Positions 1 through 9,376 of a stretch of DNA of 64,000 nucleotides are shown piece by piece. The number at the start of each line of letters is the position of its first letter. The stretch's first letter is position 1. The notes below the pieces were generated by a model. That model made no database searches. It was not told where the DNA came from and saw only the letters and a list, made by a program, of their open reading frames with translations. This stretch comes from a virus. Location of the stretch: positions 19,396 through 83,395 of the IMG/VR virus record IMGVR_UViG_3300006919_000001; one strand, given 5' to 3'. A program made the translations under genes and the position numbers.

Positions 1-468
1 TCCAAACCATTCGCTCTCCTTATTTGGAGCATCATTATTTCTGATATTTAACTTCTCACCATCTTGTCTAAATGAGATTCCTTGCACTCTTTTATTAGCC
101 TTGTCCGTAAAATCGTAAGGCTTAATAAATACATTTTTCTCTAAGTCCATAACTAACAACGCCTTCATCATATCTTGAGAATAACGATTGTTTGTTGAAA
201 TAGAAATAATATAAATTTCACCATCCGCATCAAAAACGACATTAATACTTTCCCCGTACTTATCATGGGTTCTAAACTCCACTTCTTTAACCATTCCAGT
301 TAAGTCAGCATATCTTGCGCCCTGTCTAGTTTTTACACCTTCAGAGGTAGTATACTCTTGAGTTGCAAAGTTTGGGTCATTCGACTCCGCCTTTCTGTTC
401 CATACGTATCCACCTGCTAAAGATAAATACAATCCTTTTGATTCTTTTACTGCTCCTAATCCTGCCAT
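1..468 (-). CDS. Truncated ORF (runs off window), possible ssDNA-binding/replication protein
   Basis: ATG at 468 after an AT-rich leader; frame open to position 1 (MAGLGAVKESKGLYLSLAGGYVWNRK...). Function is guessed from context only. Confidence 0.4.
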   Translation of the reverse strand, partial: MAGLGAVKESKGLYLSLAGGYVWNRKAESNDPNFATQEYTTSEGVKTRQGARYADLTGMVKEVEFRTHDKYGESINVVFDADGEIYIISISTNNRYSQDMMKALLVMDLEKNVFIKPYDFTDKANKRVQGISFRQDGEKLNIRNNDAPNKESEWFG

Positions 469-553
469 AATTTTTAAAATTTTATAATATTGATAATTTG
501 TTATAAGGACTTTTCTAAGTTAAACACGGATTGCCTTGGGTCTGTGTTGTTTT

Positions 554-829
554 TTAATTGACCAGCTTTTCGGCTTTCTCAATTATTCTTTCTGATATTT
601 CACTATACCTATCTAAATATTCTCCAAGTGTCATTGTGGCCTGCATATTAAAGGTTACCTCATGAGCTATGATTTCTAATGCTCGCTTGAATGTAACTCC
701 ATATGCTTCCGAATGCTCACTCTCCTTTCCAATATTTTTCCCGGTCTTGGCTGTCATCATTTGATATACATCAAACTTGTTTATGCCCTCACTTTTTTTA
801 ATCCTAAAATTTTCAATTTCAATTATCAT
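554..829 (-). CDS. Hypothetical phage protein
   Basis: 91-aa ORF, co-oriented with neighbours, AT-rich leader. Confidence 0.6.
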   Translation of the reverse strand: MIIEIENFRIKKSEGINKFDVYQMMTAKTGKNIGKESEHSEAYGVTFKRALEIIAHEVTFNMQATMTLGEYLDRYSEISERIIEKAEKLVN

Positions 830-974
830 AATTTAGTTTTAAATGTTTGTATTCCTTCTATTTTCTCTCACCTTTTGTCCAAAAGTATTTCCTAGTCCTC
901 TGAGTTTTTTAACTCTACTATTTACGCCAGCGCGGCTCTCGTTTAATTGTGAACTTCCATTTGATGGTTTCATA

Positions 975-1508
975 TTATTTCTTTATTAGTATTCCGTTAA
1001 TCTTACCTTCAACCATCCCTGCAATATATTCATCAGGGGTAGTTCCATTCACAAGTCCATTTAATTTTCTAGACTTATCTTGACATGCCCAATATAAAAC
1101 ATCCAGTGCATTAAAATTCTTTTCTGCAAGTATAAATGCCCGCTTTAATTTTATCCAAGCCTCATCTGTTTCAAAGCAAGTCTCCAATGCCTTCTCTGTT
1201 AATTTAACTTCTACATCTTCATTCCCTACCCTAAGGTTATACTTGCCAACATTTTTTGAAGCTTGTCTTCTTAGTTCGGACTTAAAAGTACCCTCATAAA
1301 GTTTATACTCTAATTTAGCTTCAGCCATCCTAGCCTCCACCTCAGATTTTAATAATCCAATTCTTGCAACGGCAGTTGATATCGTGGTATGTTCTCCAAA
1401 AATATTCGAAGAATCAATTCTAGTTAAGTCATCAATGTTGATATTGCTATCTAAATTATCATGCTCTAAAACTATTGCAGTGTCTCCAATGTGTATTGTG
1501 TATTTCAT
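975..1508 (-). CDS. UvsY-like recombination mediator protein
   Basis: Helical 177-aa protein with a KLTEKALE...DEAWIKLK...AEKNFNAL pattern typical of UvsY-like phage proteins. Confidence 0.5.
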   Translation of the reverse strand: MKYTIHIGDTAIVLEHDNLDSNINIDDLTRIDSSNIFGEHTTISTAVARIGLLKSEVEARMAEAKLEYKLYEGTFKSELRRQASKNVGKYNLRVGNEDVEVKLTEKALETCFETDEAWIKLKRAFILAEKNFNALDVLYWACQDKSRKLNGLVNGTTPDEYIAGMVEGKINGILIKK

Positions 1509-2041
1509 TTTAAATATATTTTTCTAAGTTCTCTTATTGCTATTCTTTTTCTACTCTTTATTGTTCCCAATGGAACTCCTAATACCACACTTGCCTCAAG
1601 TTCGCTTAGCCCCCGAAAGTATAGTGCATTCAAAACACTTTGATATGGTAATCTTAATGACCTTATGTGGTGGTGTATAAAAGTTTTATCCAACTCTTTT
1701 TCCACTGGTGCTTCTAGGTGAAAATTATAATCCTGATTGTCTATAGAATCTTCTCTGAAATTCCTCAGATTAAAAGACCTTTGAATATCAATGGTTTTAT
1801 TCTTTACTATTTTTAACATCCAAGTATATAACCTTCCAGCCTTTGGATTATATTTATCTCTATTCTCCCAAATCTTAATAAATGATTCCTGCATAGCATC
1901 GGAGGATAGTGTGTGGTCTTTTAGAATACCATAGGCTGTCTTATAAAGCTGATTATAATAATTCTTGTATAATATACTCATTGCCTTTTCAGGCTCGTTA
2001 GAGAGCTTTAAAGCGAGGGACTCTTCCATGTCTACTTTCAT
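1505..2041 (-). CDS. RNA polymerase ECF-type sigma-70 factor
   Basis: Region 2 (DAMQESFIKIW...LYTWMLKIVKNKTID) and region 4 (GLSELEASVVLGVPLGTIKSR) motifs. Confidence 0.92.
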   Translation of the reverse strand: MKVDMEESLALKLSNEPEKAMSILYKNYYNQLYKTAYGILKDHTLSSDAMQESFIKIWENRDKYNPKAGRLYTWMLKIVKNKTIDIQRSFNLRNFREDSIDNQDYNFHLEAPVEKELDKTFIHHHIRSLRLPYQSVLNALYFRGLSELEASVVLGVPLGTIKSRKRIAIRELRKIYLK

Positions 2042-2162
2042 AATTTTTTATCTTTTTTTTTCTTCTTATAATACCAAATAGATATTGCAATCCCTTCAGA
2101 TATTAATCCAATTAGTATTCCGAAGAATACCATTCCAAAACAGTTTTCCATTTTATTATTTT

Positions 2163-2254
2163 TAGTTTCAAGGAGAGGGTTCGAACCTCCAAGAATATTT
2201 ATAATATATCCGAACCCTTTAGAGCTCTACCTTTACCAGTTTGGCTACCTTGAT
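2163..2254 (-). ncRNA. Degenerate tRNA-like element (Leu/Ser-type long variable arm, 6-nt anticodon loop)
   Basis: TCAAGG/CCTTGA acceptor stem, D arm GCCAAACTGGTAAAGGT, T arm GGAGG-TTCGAAC-CCTCT, ends A-CTA; no canonical 7-nt anticodon loop. Confidence 0.7.
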
Positions 2255-2289
2255 TCCTTTTTCGATTTGGGGCAAAAAAGGGTTTGTTA

Positions 2290-2487
2290 TTAAATCCAAT
2301 TCTGTTTTACAAAATACTTGTATGCAGTTTTAAGAGAACGAAAATAATTAACGCCATCCCATTTATTCATAGTAAAAAACATACCATCGTTTGGGTCTCC
2401 CTTTTCTTTTACTTCACTAATACATAATCCTTTTGATTCAAATATTTTTACTATCTCTTCGTTTGTGATATCTACTAATGTTGTCAT
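2290..2487 (-). CDS. Hypothetical protein
   Basis: 65-aa ORF directly downstream of a consensus promoter. Confidence 0.6.
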   Translation of the reverse strand: MTTLVDITNEEIVKIFESKGLCISEVKEKGDPNDGMFFTMNKWDGVNYFRSLKTAYKYFVKQNWI

Positions 2488-2523
2488 GATATTTGATTTT
2501 AATTGTTGTTATAATTTCTTACG

Positions 2524-2556
2524 TAAAGATAATATTAATTTCCTTACAAACCTACA
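2524..2556 (-). promoter_or_regulatory. Host-type promoter TGTAGGTT-N17-TATCTTTA
   Basis: Matches the repeated 33-bp motif; the downstream box resembles the Bacteroidetes -7 element TAnnTTTG. Confidence 0.7.
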
Positions 2557-2616
2557 CCTTTCTTAAAAAACTTTTAAAAATAAAAAGGGACATAAATTAA
2601 TATGTCCCACTTTCTA

Positions 2617-4638
2617 TTATAAAACAATTAAACTACTCGAGTCTTTTAATGTAAATTGGTTGGCCTTTGACCACTTCCCATCATACTTTAATTCTCCATC
2701 GAATAATACTAACCTTTTTTCACTGCCCTTTAATTGGTCTGAGAATTTTTCGAATTCATTTGACCAAACTAGAATTTTACAAAGCTTATAATTATGCTCT
2801 ATGGTTAACCTAGCATATTGTCCATTCTTACTTCTAGCAACCCTGCACTCAACTACGTATCCACCGAATGCTCTGAATATTCCCTTCTCTTGTCTTTTTG
2901 TAAAATCGGACATAGAACAAAATTGAGATTCAATACCTTTCTCTATTGCAATTTTCTCATAACCAATATGAGCCAAACCTGTTAACTTCTTTTGTTGAAG
3001 GTTCCACCACCAACGCTCCCCTAGTTCCCCTATCGTATAGATGTCTCTAGCTGGATTCGATGGCTTTTTCTTAGCATGTATTCTATACCTCTTTATTAGA
3101 GAATGTCTTTTTTGCTCTTGTCCTGAGAATCCATATAGTATATCAAATGCTCCAGATGTTATCAATGCTTCAAATGTTGTTTTCTTCACCTTTGAACCTT
3201 TGAAGTTATGCCTTGAATAAAAATCAGCAAAAGATAAATAGAAACCATTGGCTTCTCTTTCATTGATAACTTGAAAAGCTGTATCCTCTCCAATTCCCTT
3301 AACAGAACCTAAGCCCCAGTAAATTGTTGAAGTCTCTTGGTTGGATATCATATTGATTCCCGACTTATTTATATCCGGCGACTTTATCTCTATCTGTTTT
3401 GATTGTAATATCTCAGACAGGTATGATAAGGTATCCGCCTCATTGGCATAATCCAAAGCCACTGTCCAATACTCTATGGGATAGTGTACTTTTAGGTATT
3501 GGCTTACATATCCGGTTAATGCATATGCCGCGGAGTGACTCTTGTTAAAAGAATACTTTGCAAACTCTGCAATTGCCGCCCATATCTCTTGGAACTCTTT
3601 ATCGGTAGCTCCTCTTTCTATGAAACCCTTTTTAACTATACCCTCCCATTGCTGGAGTACATCTAGTTTTTTCTTTCCAAGTGCCCTTCTTACATCATCA
3701 GCCTCTTTCATTGATAGACCACCTAGGTCCTGAAAGATTTGCATAATTTGCTCTTGATAAATTAACAGCCCATATGTGTCCTTGGTTATATGCTCCGTTC
3801 CCCAAAGGTATTTCGGAGACCTATTTCCATTCTTACACTTAACGTATATTTCATGGAAATGATTCTCCATAGGCCCCGGTCTATATAGCGCAACCGCAGC
3901 AATTAAATCATCTATTACCTGTGGCTTTAACGATTTAGTGTATGACGTTAATCCAGCTGAACCCATTTGGAATACATCTCCATTCCAACCGTTACTAAAA
4001 TACCTATATACTTCCCTATCCTGTGGAAGGTTATATATATTCGGAACCACCTTTCCACTCTTTTCTATTAGCTTTAATATATCGGCGAATTTATCCAACT
4101 GCCTAATCCCCAATATATCCTCTTTTAAGAATCCGGCATCATCCAAGTCTTCTCCACCCCACTCGCTTACCAACAAGCCTTGCTGTCTCCTCATCGGAAC
4201 CCATTCTTTGGCCGTTAATACATCCGGGAATACAACCATAGCGCAAGGGTGTATTGACTCCGTTTTTGGCTGGTCTAATAAGGAAGGCAGCATATGAAAT
4301 ATCTCAGAATTCTGTTTAATGAAGTTCTTGAGCTTAGGCTCCAGTGTTGCCCTCTTAATTAAATCAAGCATTGACGAATCCCCCTGACTTATAATTGCAG
4401 TCATTAGATTGGCCTCACTAAAATCAACCGATGATATTCTAGCCAAATCTTTTACCAATCCTTTTACCCTAAAAGTTGTAAAAGTACCAATTGAGCAAAC
4501 CTGAGTTTCTCCAAACCGCTCTTCAATATAAGACTTAATTGCCGCTCTGTCTCTACCACATAAATCTTGGTCAATATCTGGTAAGGTACCTCCGACTAAT
4601 TTAGGCTTTAATGATTCTGTTATATTATCTACTTTCAT
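2617..4638 (-). CDS. dnaE: DNA polymerase III alpha subunit, C-terminal half (split gene)
   Basis: PDIDQD catalytic motif, HPCAMVV, GFLKEDILG, ALYRPGPM, YQEQIM, YSFNKSH, OB-fold C-terminus. Confidence 0.95.
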   Translation of the reverse strand: MKVDNITESLKPKLVGGTLPDIDQDLCGRDRAAIKSYIEERFGETQVCSIGTFTTFRVKGLVKDLARISSVDFSEANLMTAIISQGDSSMLDLIKRATLEPKLKNFIKQNSEIFHMLPSLLDQPKTESIHPCAMVVFPDVLTAKEWVPMRRQQGLLVSEWGGEDLDDAGFLKEDILGIRQLDKFADILKLIEKSGKVVPNIYNLPQDREVYRYFSNGWNGDVFQMGSAGLTSYTKSLKPQVIDDLIAAVALYRPGPMENHFHEIYVKCKNGNRSPKYLWGTEHITKDTYGLLIYQEQIMQIFQDLGGLSMKEADDVRRALGKKKLDVLQQWEGIVKKGFIERGATDKEFQEIWAAIAEFAKYSFNKSHSAAYALTGYVSQYLKVHYPIEYWTVALDYANEADTLSYLSEILQSKQIEIKSPDINKSGINMISNQETSTIYWGLGSVKGIGEDTAFQVINEREANGFYLSFADFYSRHNFKGSKVKKTTFEALITSGAFDILYGFSGQEQKRHSLIKRYRIHAKKKPSNPARDIYTIGELGERWWWNLQQKKLTGLAHIGYEKIAIEKGIESQFCSMSDFTKRQEKGIFRAFGGYVVECRVARSKNGQYARLTIEHNYKLCKILVWSNEFEKFSDQLKGSEKRLVLFDGELKYDGKWSKANQFTLKDSSSLIVL

Positions 4639-4640
4639 CT

Positions 4641-6188
4641 CTAGTGTTTTATTATTTCATCTCCGACTACTATTTCATCGCAGTATACATTTATGATATT
4701 TCCATTTCTTTTAACCTTGGCTAATTGACCTTCGGCTAATCCAATTACATTTCCTTCTTTATCCTCATATTCAAAATAAGGCCTATCTTCAAATGCCCCC
4801 ATTCTCCCACTGTTCAAAAACCTTTCAAATAGTAAATCAAATTCCAAAGGGTCTACGTGGATTATGTTCAATAAATAAGCCACCAAAGAGCCTCCAGCAG
4901 AACCCCTTCCAATACCGGTTAACATGCCTTCACTTCTTGCGTGCTTAACTATGTCATGTAATATTAAAAAGTAATCAATAACATCACCCATTTTAAGAAC
5001 CTCGATTTCTTTCTTAACTCTATCAACATATTTCTGCTCTGTAATACCTTTTGATTTAAAACCCTCCGTAATTAAATTGATAAATAAAGCTTCGTTTGTA
5101 GCAAATGATTTAGCCTCTACTTTTGTCATTTCATACTTTGGTAAATGACGAGTATCAGTATCATATTTAAAATTACAATTTGCAACTAGTTCATCTTCGT
5201 TACTAGTGGCTTGCTTGAATAATTTAACCCAAGTTTTATTACCTCCCTCAAACATTACAATAAGTTCCTTTGCATATTGGTCTCTACTTTTAAAATATTG
5301 ATTATTAGTTTTATCATCAAACGCTTTTGCCACAGTCCACAAAGATTCTCTGGTTACATAATCATCCTGCTCTAGATAATATGCATCTGAAATACTTATA
5401 GGAGATAAGTCTGATTTTAGATAGCTCTCCAAGTTATCAATATATGCCGAATCTATGTCCTCGTTTAAAAACACAACAGTGTCCAGTTGGTAGAAATCAA
5501 TAGCATGCGAAAATTTAACTGTTTCCGCGTATCTAAGGGACTTTGGGTCTACCACCAAGTATAATCCATCTAAATTATTTAAAAGCTCCTCTAAAGCTAT
5601 CTTTCCGACTTTGTCAATATTCAACATTGAATTGAATTTAAGTAGACTTTGCCATCCTTGAAAATCTTTGGCATAGACCTTAACTTCGAAATCACTTTCT
5701 CCAGCAATTGGAAGTGTTTCTCCTATGATGGATTTGATACCATTTCTTTCACATAAGTTTTGAAATACTAGTACTCCACTTAATGTAGATTTCTCACAAA
5801 TTCCCAAAGCCTTAGTTCCTAAAAACTTTGCCTTCTTAATCCAATCTGAATAAAGACCCATTCCATTCATTAATTCATAACCAGAATGTATTCCTAAAAA
5901 GCTTGGAGTTGGTAATTGCATTTCCGGCTCTCCATAATACACCAATTCTTTTAGTTGGAGTTCTTCCTCCTCTGAAGATTGCAGATACCATCTACCTCCA
6001 AACTCATAAACCCAACCATCAACATCATTCACCAATACTGGCAAGAATTCCATGTCATTATTGAATAGCAATATATCACTTTCAACAATTTCAAACTCTG
6101 CCTCTTCTCCTAGTGTTAGGATTCCATCTTCTATCTCAAATTTTAATAATCTGGACTTGCAATATTTCTCTAATTTTTTATCCTGCAT
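4641..6188 (-). CDS. dnaE: DNA polymerase III alpha subunit, N-terminal half (PHP domain) with Hint-like C-terminal tail
   Basis: HSGYEL PHP start, DYFLIL, GIGRGSAGGSLVAYLL, VDPLEFDLLFERFLN. Confidence 0.93.
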   Translation of the reverse strand: MQDKKLEKYCKSRLLKFEIEDGILTLGEEAEFEIVESDILLFNNDMEFLPVLVNDVDGWVYEFGGRWYLQSSEEEELQLKELVYYGEPEMQLPTPSFLGIHSGYELMNGMGLYSDWIKKAKFLGTKALGICEKSTLSGVLVFQNLCERNGIKSIIGETLPIAGESDFEVKVYAKDFQGWQSLLKFNSMLNIDKVGKIALEELLNNLDGLYLVVDPKSLRYAETVKFSHAIDFYQLDTVVFLNEDIDSAYIDNLESYLKSDLSPISISDAYYLEQDDYVTRESLWTVAKAFDDKTNNQYFKSRDQYAKELIVMFEGGNKTWVKLFKQATSNEDELVANCNFKYDTDTRHLPKYEMTKVEAKSFATNEALFINLITEGFKSKGITEQKYVDRVKKEIEVLKMGDVIDYFLILHDIVKHARSEGMLTGIGRGSAGGSLVAYLLNIIHVDPLEFDLLFERFLNSGRMGAFEDRPYFEYEDKEGNVIGLAEGQLAKVKRNGNIINVYCDEIVVGDEIIKH

Positions 6189-6191
6189 GTT

Positions 6192-6443
6192 TTATTTTTT
6201 TACCCAAGTCTTATTGTTGACTATATTAGATATTGCGGTTGAACTTTTCTTATATCTATCCGCTATTTTTTTATTCGACATTCCAACCTCATTCGACAAT
6301 CTTCGAATCTCTGCTATATCATCCCAATTTAGTTTAGTCTTTTCTATTGGTGGGCTTTTATACTTTGGCTCCGGTTTTTCAACACTAGAGTTCCTAGCCC
6401 ATCCCGCACTTCCTACTTTACCATCTTTTCTTATCCAAGTCAT
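6192..6443 (-). CDS. Small HTH DNA-binding protein (resembles the C-terminal HTH of HNH homing endonucleases)
   Basis: KLNWDDIAEIRRL..GMSNKKIADRY..SSTAISNIVNNKTW. Confidence 0.6.
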   Translation of the reverse strand: MTWIRKDGKVGSAGWARNSSVEKPEPKYKSPPIEKTKLNWDDIAEIRRLSNEVGMSNKKIADRYKKSSTAISNIVNNKTWVKK

Positions 6444-6491
6444 AATATATATTTTGTTTGTCTAAAGATAATTTTAATATTTGGTTAAAAC

Positions 6492-6531
6492 TAATAAAAC
6501 CCCAACTATTTTACCAGCTGGGGTTTTATTA
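6492..6531. terminator. Intrinsic terminator hairpin
   Basis: TAATAAAACCCCA...TGGGGTTTTATTA inverted repeat after the 6543 gene. Confidence 0.7.
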
Positions 6532-6542
6532 ATCTTATGAAT

Positions 6543-6791
6543 CTAATCTTCCATCATTTCATCATCTTCCTTTTCCTCCTCCATTTGCTCAATAATCTTA
6601 TCAATGTTTAGGTCACTAGATAAGAAACCGTGGCCTTCACTTGTCATAATTTTCAAGTGGTCTAAAAAGTAAGCTTTTACATTTGACCTCATTCTAGTTC
6701 CGGCAATTGCCTCCTCTATTAATGCATGTGCCAATTCTAAAGCATCTCTCGCCTCTTCAAGTTGTTGGATTTTGTCTGTGTAATTTTTCAT
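6543..6791 (-). CDS. Hypothetical acidic protein
   Basis: 82-aa ORF with its own promoter (6820-6852) and terminator. Confidence 0.65.
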   Translation of the reverse strand: MKNYTDKIQQLEEARDALELAHALIEEAIAGTRMRSNVKAYFLDHLKIMTSEGHGFLSSDLNIDKIIEQMEEEKEDDEMMED

Positions 6792-6819
6792 AATGTTTGT
6801 TTTTAATTATTCGTTACTC

Positions 6820-6852
6820 CAAAGATATGGAAACTTATAATACGAACCTACA
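6820..6852 (-). promoter_or_regulatory. Host-type promoter TGTAGGTT-N17-TATCTTTG
   Basis: 33-bp consensus motif. Confidence 0.7.
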
Positions 6853-6867
6853 AAAATCTAAAAAACT

Positions 6868-7665
6868 TTAATTTGAATCCAAAACTAATTGAACCGCAAG
6901 CTTTACTTTGTCCCACGAAACAGTTCCATTCTCATCTGCATACAATGCTGGATCTTGCCTTCCAATTTCTAAAAACGCCTCTACTCTTTCAACCGAAGAT
7001 GCTGATTTATAATCAGAATACCAATGACCTTCGATTAAAATAGGCTTGTAGGATGTAAGCGTTTTAGAATACGCTGTGTCAAAATCAATACCTAACTTTT
7101 CACATGATACTAAACCTTCTCTTAATATATCAGCTTTCATCATTTCCAAATATGGAGTATAAAAGGAAACCTTATCCGCTCCCCAATTACCCTCCACAAA
7201 TGCTTTGAAATCAGCATCTCTAAATTCCTGTCTACAGTCTGGATACACAGCATGGTCTCCGGCATGGATTCCCATTGCAATCTTTACATCGCAACCTCCA
7301 TTTTCAGCAGAAACACTTAAAGCCACAGCTTGAATGATGGATGAAAATATTTTATTCCTATTTGGAACCACTGTGGCCTTCATGTTTTCATTCTCATAAT
7401 GACCCTCCGGCACATCCTCTCCACCTTCAACTAATGCTGAATTTAATAATGAAGTTAGGGTACTTAGGTCTATTACTTTATGTGTGACCTTGCAGCCTTC
7501 ATCCGTTAAATAATTAACTAAAGATTGGGCCTTTAATAATTCTACCCTATGCTTTTGTCCGTAGTCAAAAGAAAGTGCTGTTACTGAATAATCGTTAGCC
7601 AATAAGTTTAATAAAAGGGATGATGAATCCATCCCGCCTGATAATGATAATACCGCTCTTTTCAT
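6868..7665 (-). CDS. queC: 7-cyano-7-deazaguanine synthase
   Basis: SLSGGMDSS, FDYGQKH, TVVPNRNKIF, HAGDHAVYPDCR; the Zn-binding Cys motif is replaced (Bacteroidetes-like variant). Confidence 0.95.
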   Translation of the reverse strand: MKRAVLSLSGGMDSSSLLLNLLANDYSVTALSFDYGQKHRVELLKAQSLVNYLTDEGCKVTHKVIDLSTLTSLLNSALVEGGEDVPEGHYENENMKATVVPNRNKIFSSIIQAVALSVSAENGGCDVKIAMGIHAGDHAVYPDCRQEFRDADFKAFVEGNWGADKVSFYTPYLEMMKADILREGLVSCEKLGIDFDTAYSKTLTSYKPILIEGHWYSDYKSASSVERVEAFLEIGRQDPALYADENGTVSWDKVKLAVQLVLDSN

Positions 7666-7666
7666 T

Positions 7667-8179
7667 TTAAATGTTTTTTAATAATGTTTCTAACCTTTCC
7701 TCCACTGTTCCAGTTAATGTAATTGGAGATAAACCGTGGTAATCTATTCTCTCTAATAATATTTCATCAATTTCTCTTTGAAAACTTTCTCCTTCAAATC
7801 GAATTCCATCGCTAATCAAACCAAATTCAATTGGTATATAAAAGAATTTAACATCGGGGCGTGGAGTACTTGTAAATAAGTTATTCCTTCTTTCAGCCAA
7901 ATCATCCCAACCCAGAGCCTTGCAATATGCATAGTGGTCTAGTGGAGTCCTTGTTGTAAATAGGTTACTTATTCGAGTTTCTAAATCCCATTTATTGTCT
8001 GAAATTCTATTAATCAATATCTGCTGGTCTCTTGCGGTTAACTTACCTCCAATTTCTTTATCGAAGGCTTTAACTATTCTTGAATCACCATCTTTAACTA
8101 TGTAATTAGAGCCTCTAAGGGCCAAACTATTTAGCAAGGTAGTTTTACCTACACCGTGTGTTCCTATTAATGCTATCAT
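7667..8179 (-). CDS. P-loop ATPase/nucleotide kinase (NadR/AAA_28-like)
   Basis: IALIGTHGVGKTTL, RTPLDHYAY, FYIPIEF..DGIR, LTGTVEERL. Confidence 0.75.
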   Translation of the reverse strand: MIALIGTHGVGKTTLLNSLALRGSNYIVKDGDSRIVKAFDKEIGGKLTARDQQILINRISDNKWDLETRISNLFTTRTPLDHYAYCKALGWDDLAERRNNLFTSTPRPDVKFFYIPIEFGLISDGIRFEGESFQREIDEILLERIDYHGLSPITLTGTVEERLETLLKNI

Positions 8180-8958
8180 ATTAAATTCTTTTTAAATGAG
8201 CTTACGTTAAAGTCTATTGCTGCCCGTTGAGACTTTGTAGGAATGTGGGACAAAAGGTCAACTAATTTAATTGATTCTTTATAGTCCAGCGCTCCACCCT
8301 CATATGTGATATTTTTAATACCATGTACAATCGGGTTAGAAGTATCCAAAGAATAAACCCACTTATAATCTTTATAGTGTTTAAATTCTTGAGGTAATGA
8401 GCATCCTAATAAATGGTGTTCTTTTTCCTCATTAATAATACCTTCTTTTAACCAACGGTCAATCAGATTTTGACGACCTTCCATTCTACCTTTATCCGTT
8501 TGTTCGTAGTATGGATAATGGAAACAAATTGCGATTTGGTCACAAGCCCTATCCATGGCCCTGTAGCATGCAGTTAGTTCTTCATAGGTTGAACCCTGAA
8601 CTACCCCAATTGCTTTGCCCGGCACGTGGGCATAATACCTAAACCAATCATCTAGTTGTTGGCAAGTTTCCATTCCTTTCCCAAGTACATCTGGTACTAC
8701 ATAATGACTTGGTTTTAGTTTCATAATCCAGTATGCAAATTTGCTTGCTTCAAAAGCTTCGCCCAATTCAAATATGGAGTTATCTAAAATTACATCTCTA
8801 CCCGATTCTACCACGTCTTTATAAAATTGATAATACACAGAATTCTCTTCAAATAAATGAACGAGTGCATAATCATAATCATTAAATTCTAAGCTTTCTC
8901 CCAACATACAAGTTGGGACCTCGTGTGATACTTTGATTCTATTTATCGCTTGACCCAA
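8176..8958 (-). CDS. TGT-fold DpdA-like base-exchange enzyme (paralogue 1)
   Basis: ILDNSIFELG, VVPDVLG, GVVQG, HHLLG and SLDTS motifs; located within the que cluster. Confidence 0.75.
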   Translation of the reverse strand: MGQAINRIKVSHEVPTCMLGESLEFNDYDYALVHLFEENSVYYQFYKDVVESGRDVILDNSIFELGEAFEASKFAYWIMKLKPSHYVVPDVLGKGMETCQQLDDWFRYYAHVPGKAIGVVQGSTYEELTACYRAMDRACDQIAICFHYPYYEQTDKGRMEGRQNLIDRWLKEGIINEEKEHHLLGCSLPQEFKHYKDYKWVYSLDTSNPIVHGIKNITYEGGALDYKESIKLVDLLSHIPTKSQRAAIDFNVSSFKKNLI

Positions 8959-9376
8959 AACCTTTTTCCCCCCTATCTGCTTTAGTTACTTCATCAATAA
9001 ATGAAACCTCAGATGGTATCATAAAGTATGGAATTATTTGAGCAACTCCTTGCCCTTTTTTTATTACCTGAGTGTCACTTGAAAAGTTATATAATTTAAC
9101 TCCCAAGTCTCCGCGGTATCCATTATCAATAATTCCCAAGTGTGGTTGTAATCCTTTCTTGAATCCCAACCCAGACCTTGGTTCTATTCTGAACCAATAT
9201 CCCGGAGTTATATATCCCAATTTTAAACCCACCGATACTACTGCCGAACATCCAGCTTCGATTAATACATCCTCTACTGAGAATAGGTCATAACCAGCAT
9301 CTCCAGTTGATTTGCAATCATGGTTCTTTTCTGGAAGCATAGCCTCCTCATGTGTTTTTACAAATTTTATTTCCAT
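8939..9376 (-). CDS. dut: dUTPase (trimeric)
   Basis: AGYDL, RSGLG, GIIDNGYRG, RGEKGFGSS. Confidence 0.95.
   Translation of the reverse strand: MEIKFVKTHEEAMLPEKNHDCKSTGDAGYDLFSVEDVLIEAGCSAVVSVGLKLGYITPGYWFRIEPRSGLGFKKGLQPHLGIIDNGYRGDLGVKLYNFSSDTQVIKKGQGVAQIIPYFMIPSEVSFIDEVTKADRGEKGFGSSDK

Noticed and set aside
2215-2230. Possible amber-suppressor (CUA) anticodon and TAG recoding
   Set aside because: The CTCTAAA loop has no pairing stem; TAG acts as a normal stop, and the dnaE halves are in different frames, so readthrough would not join them.
3530-3570. Intein at the cyanobacterial DnaE split site (Y/CFNKSH)
   Set aside because: The sequence AKYSFNKSH is uninterrupted; the split is at a different site.
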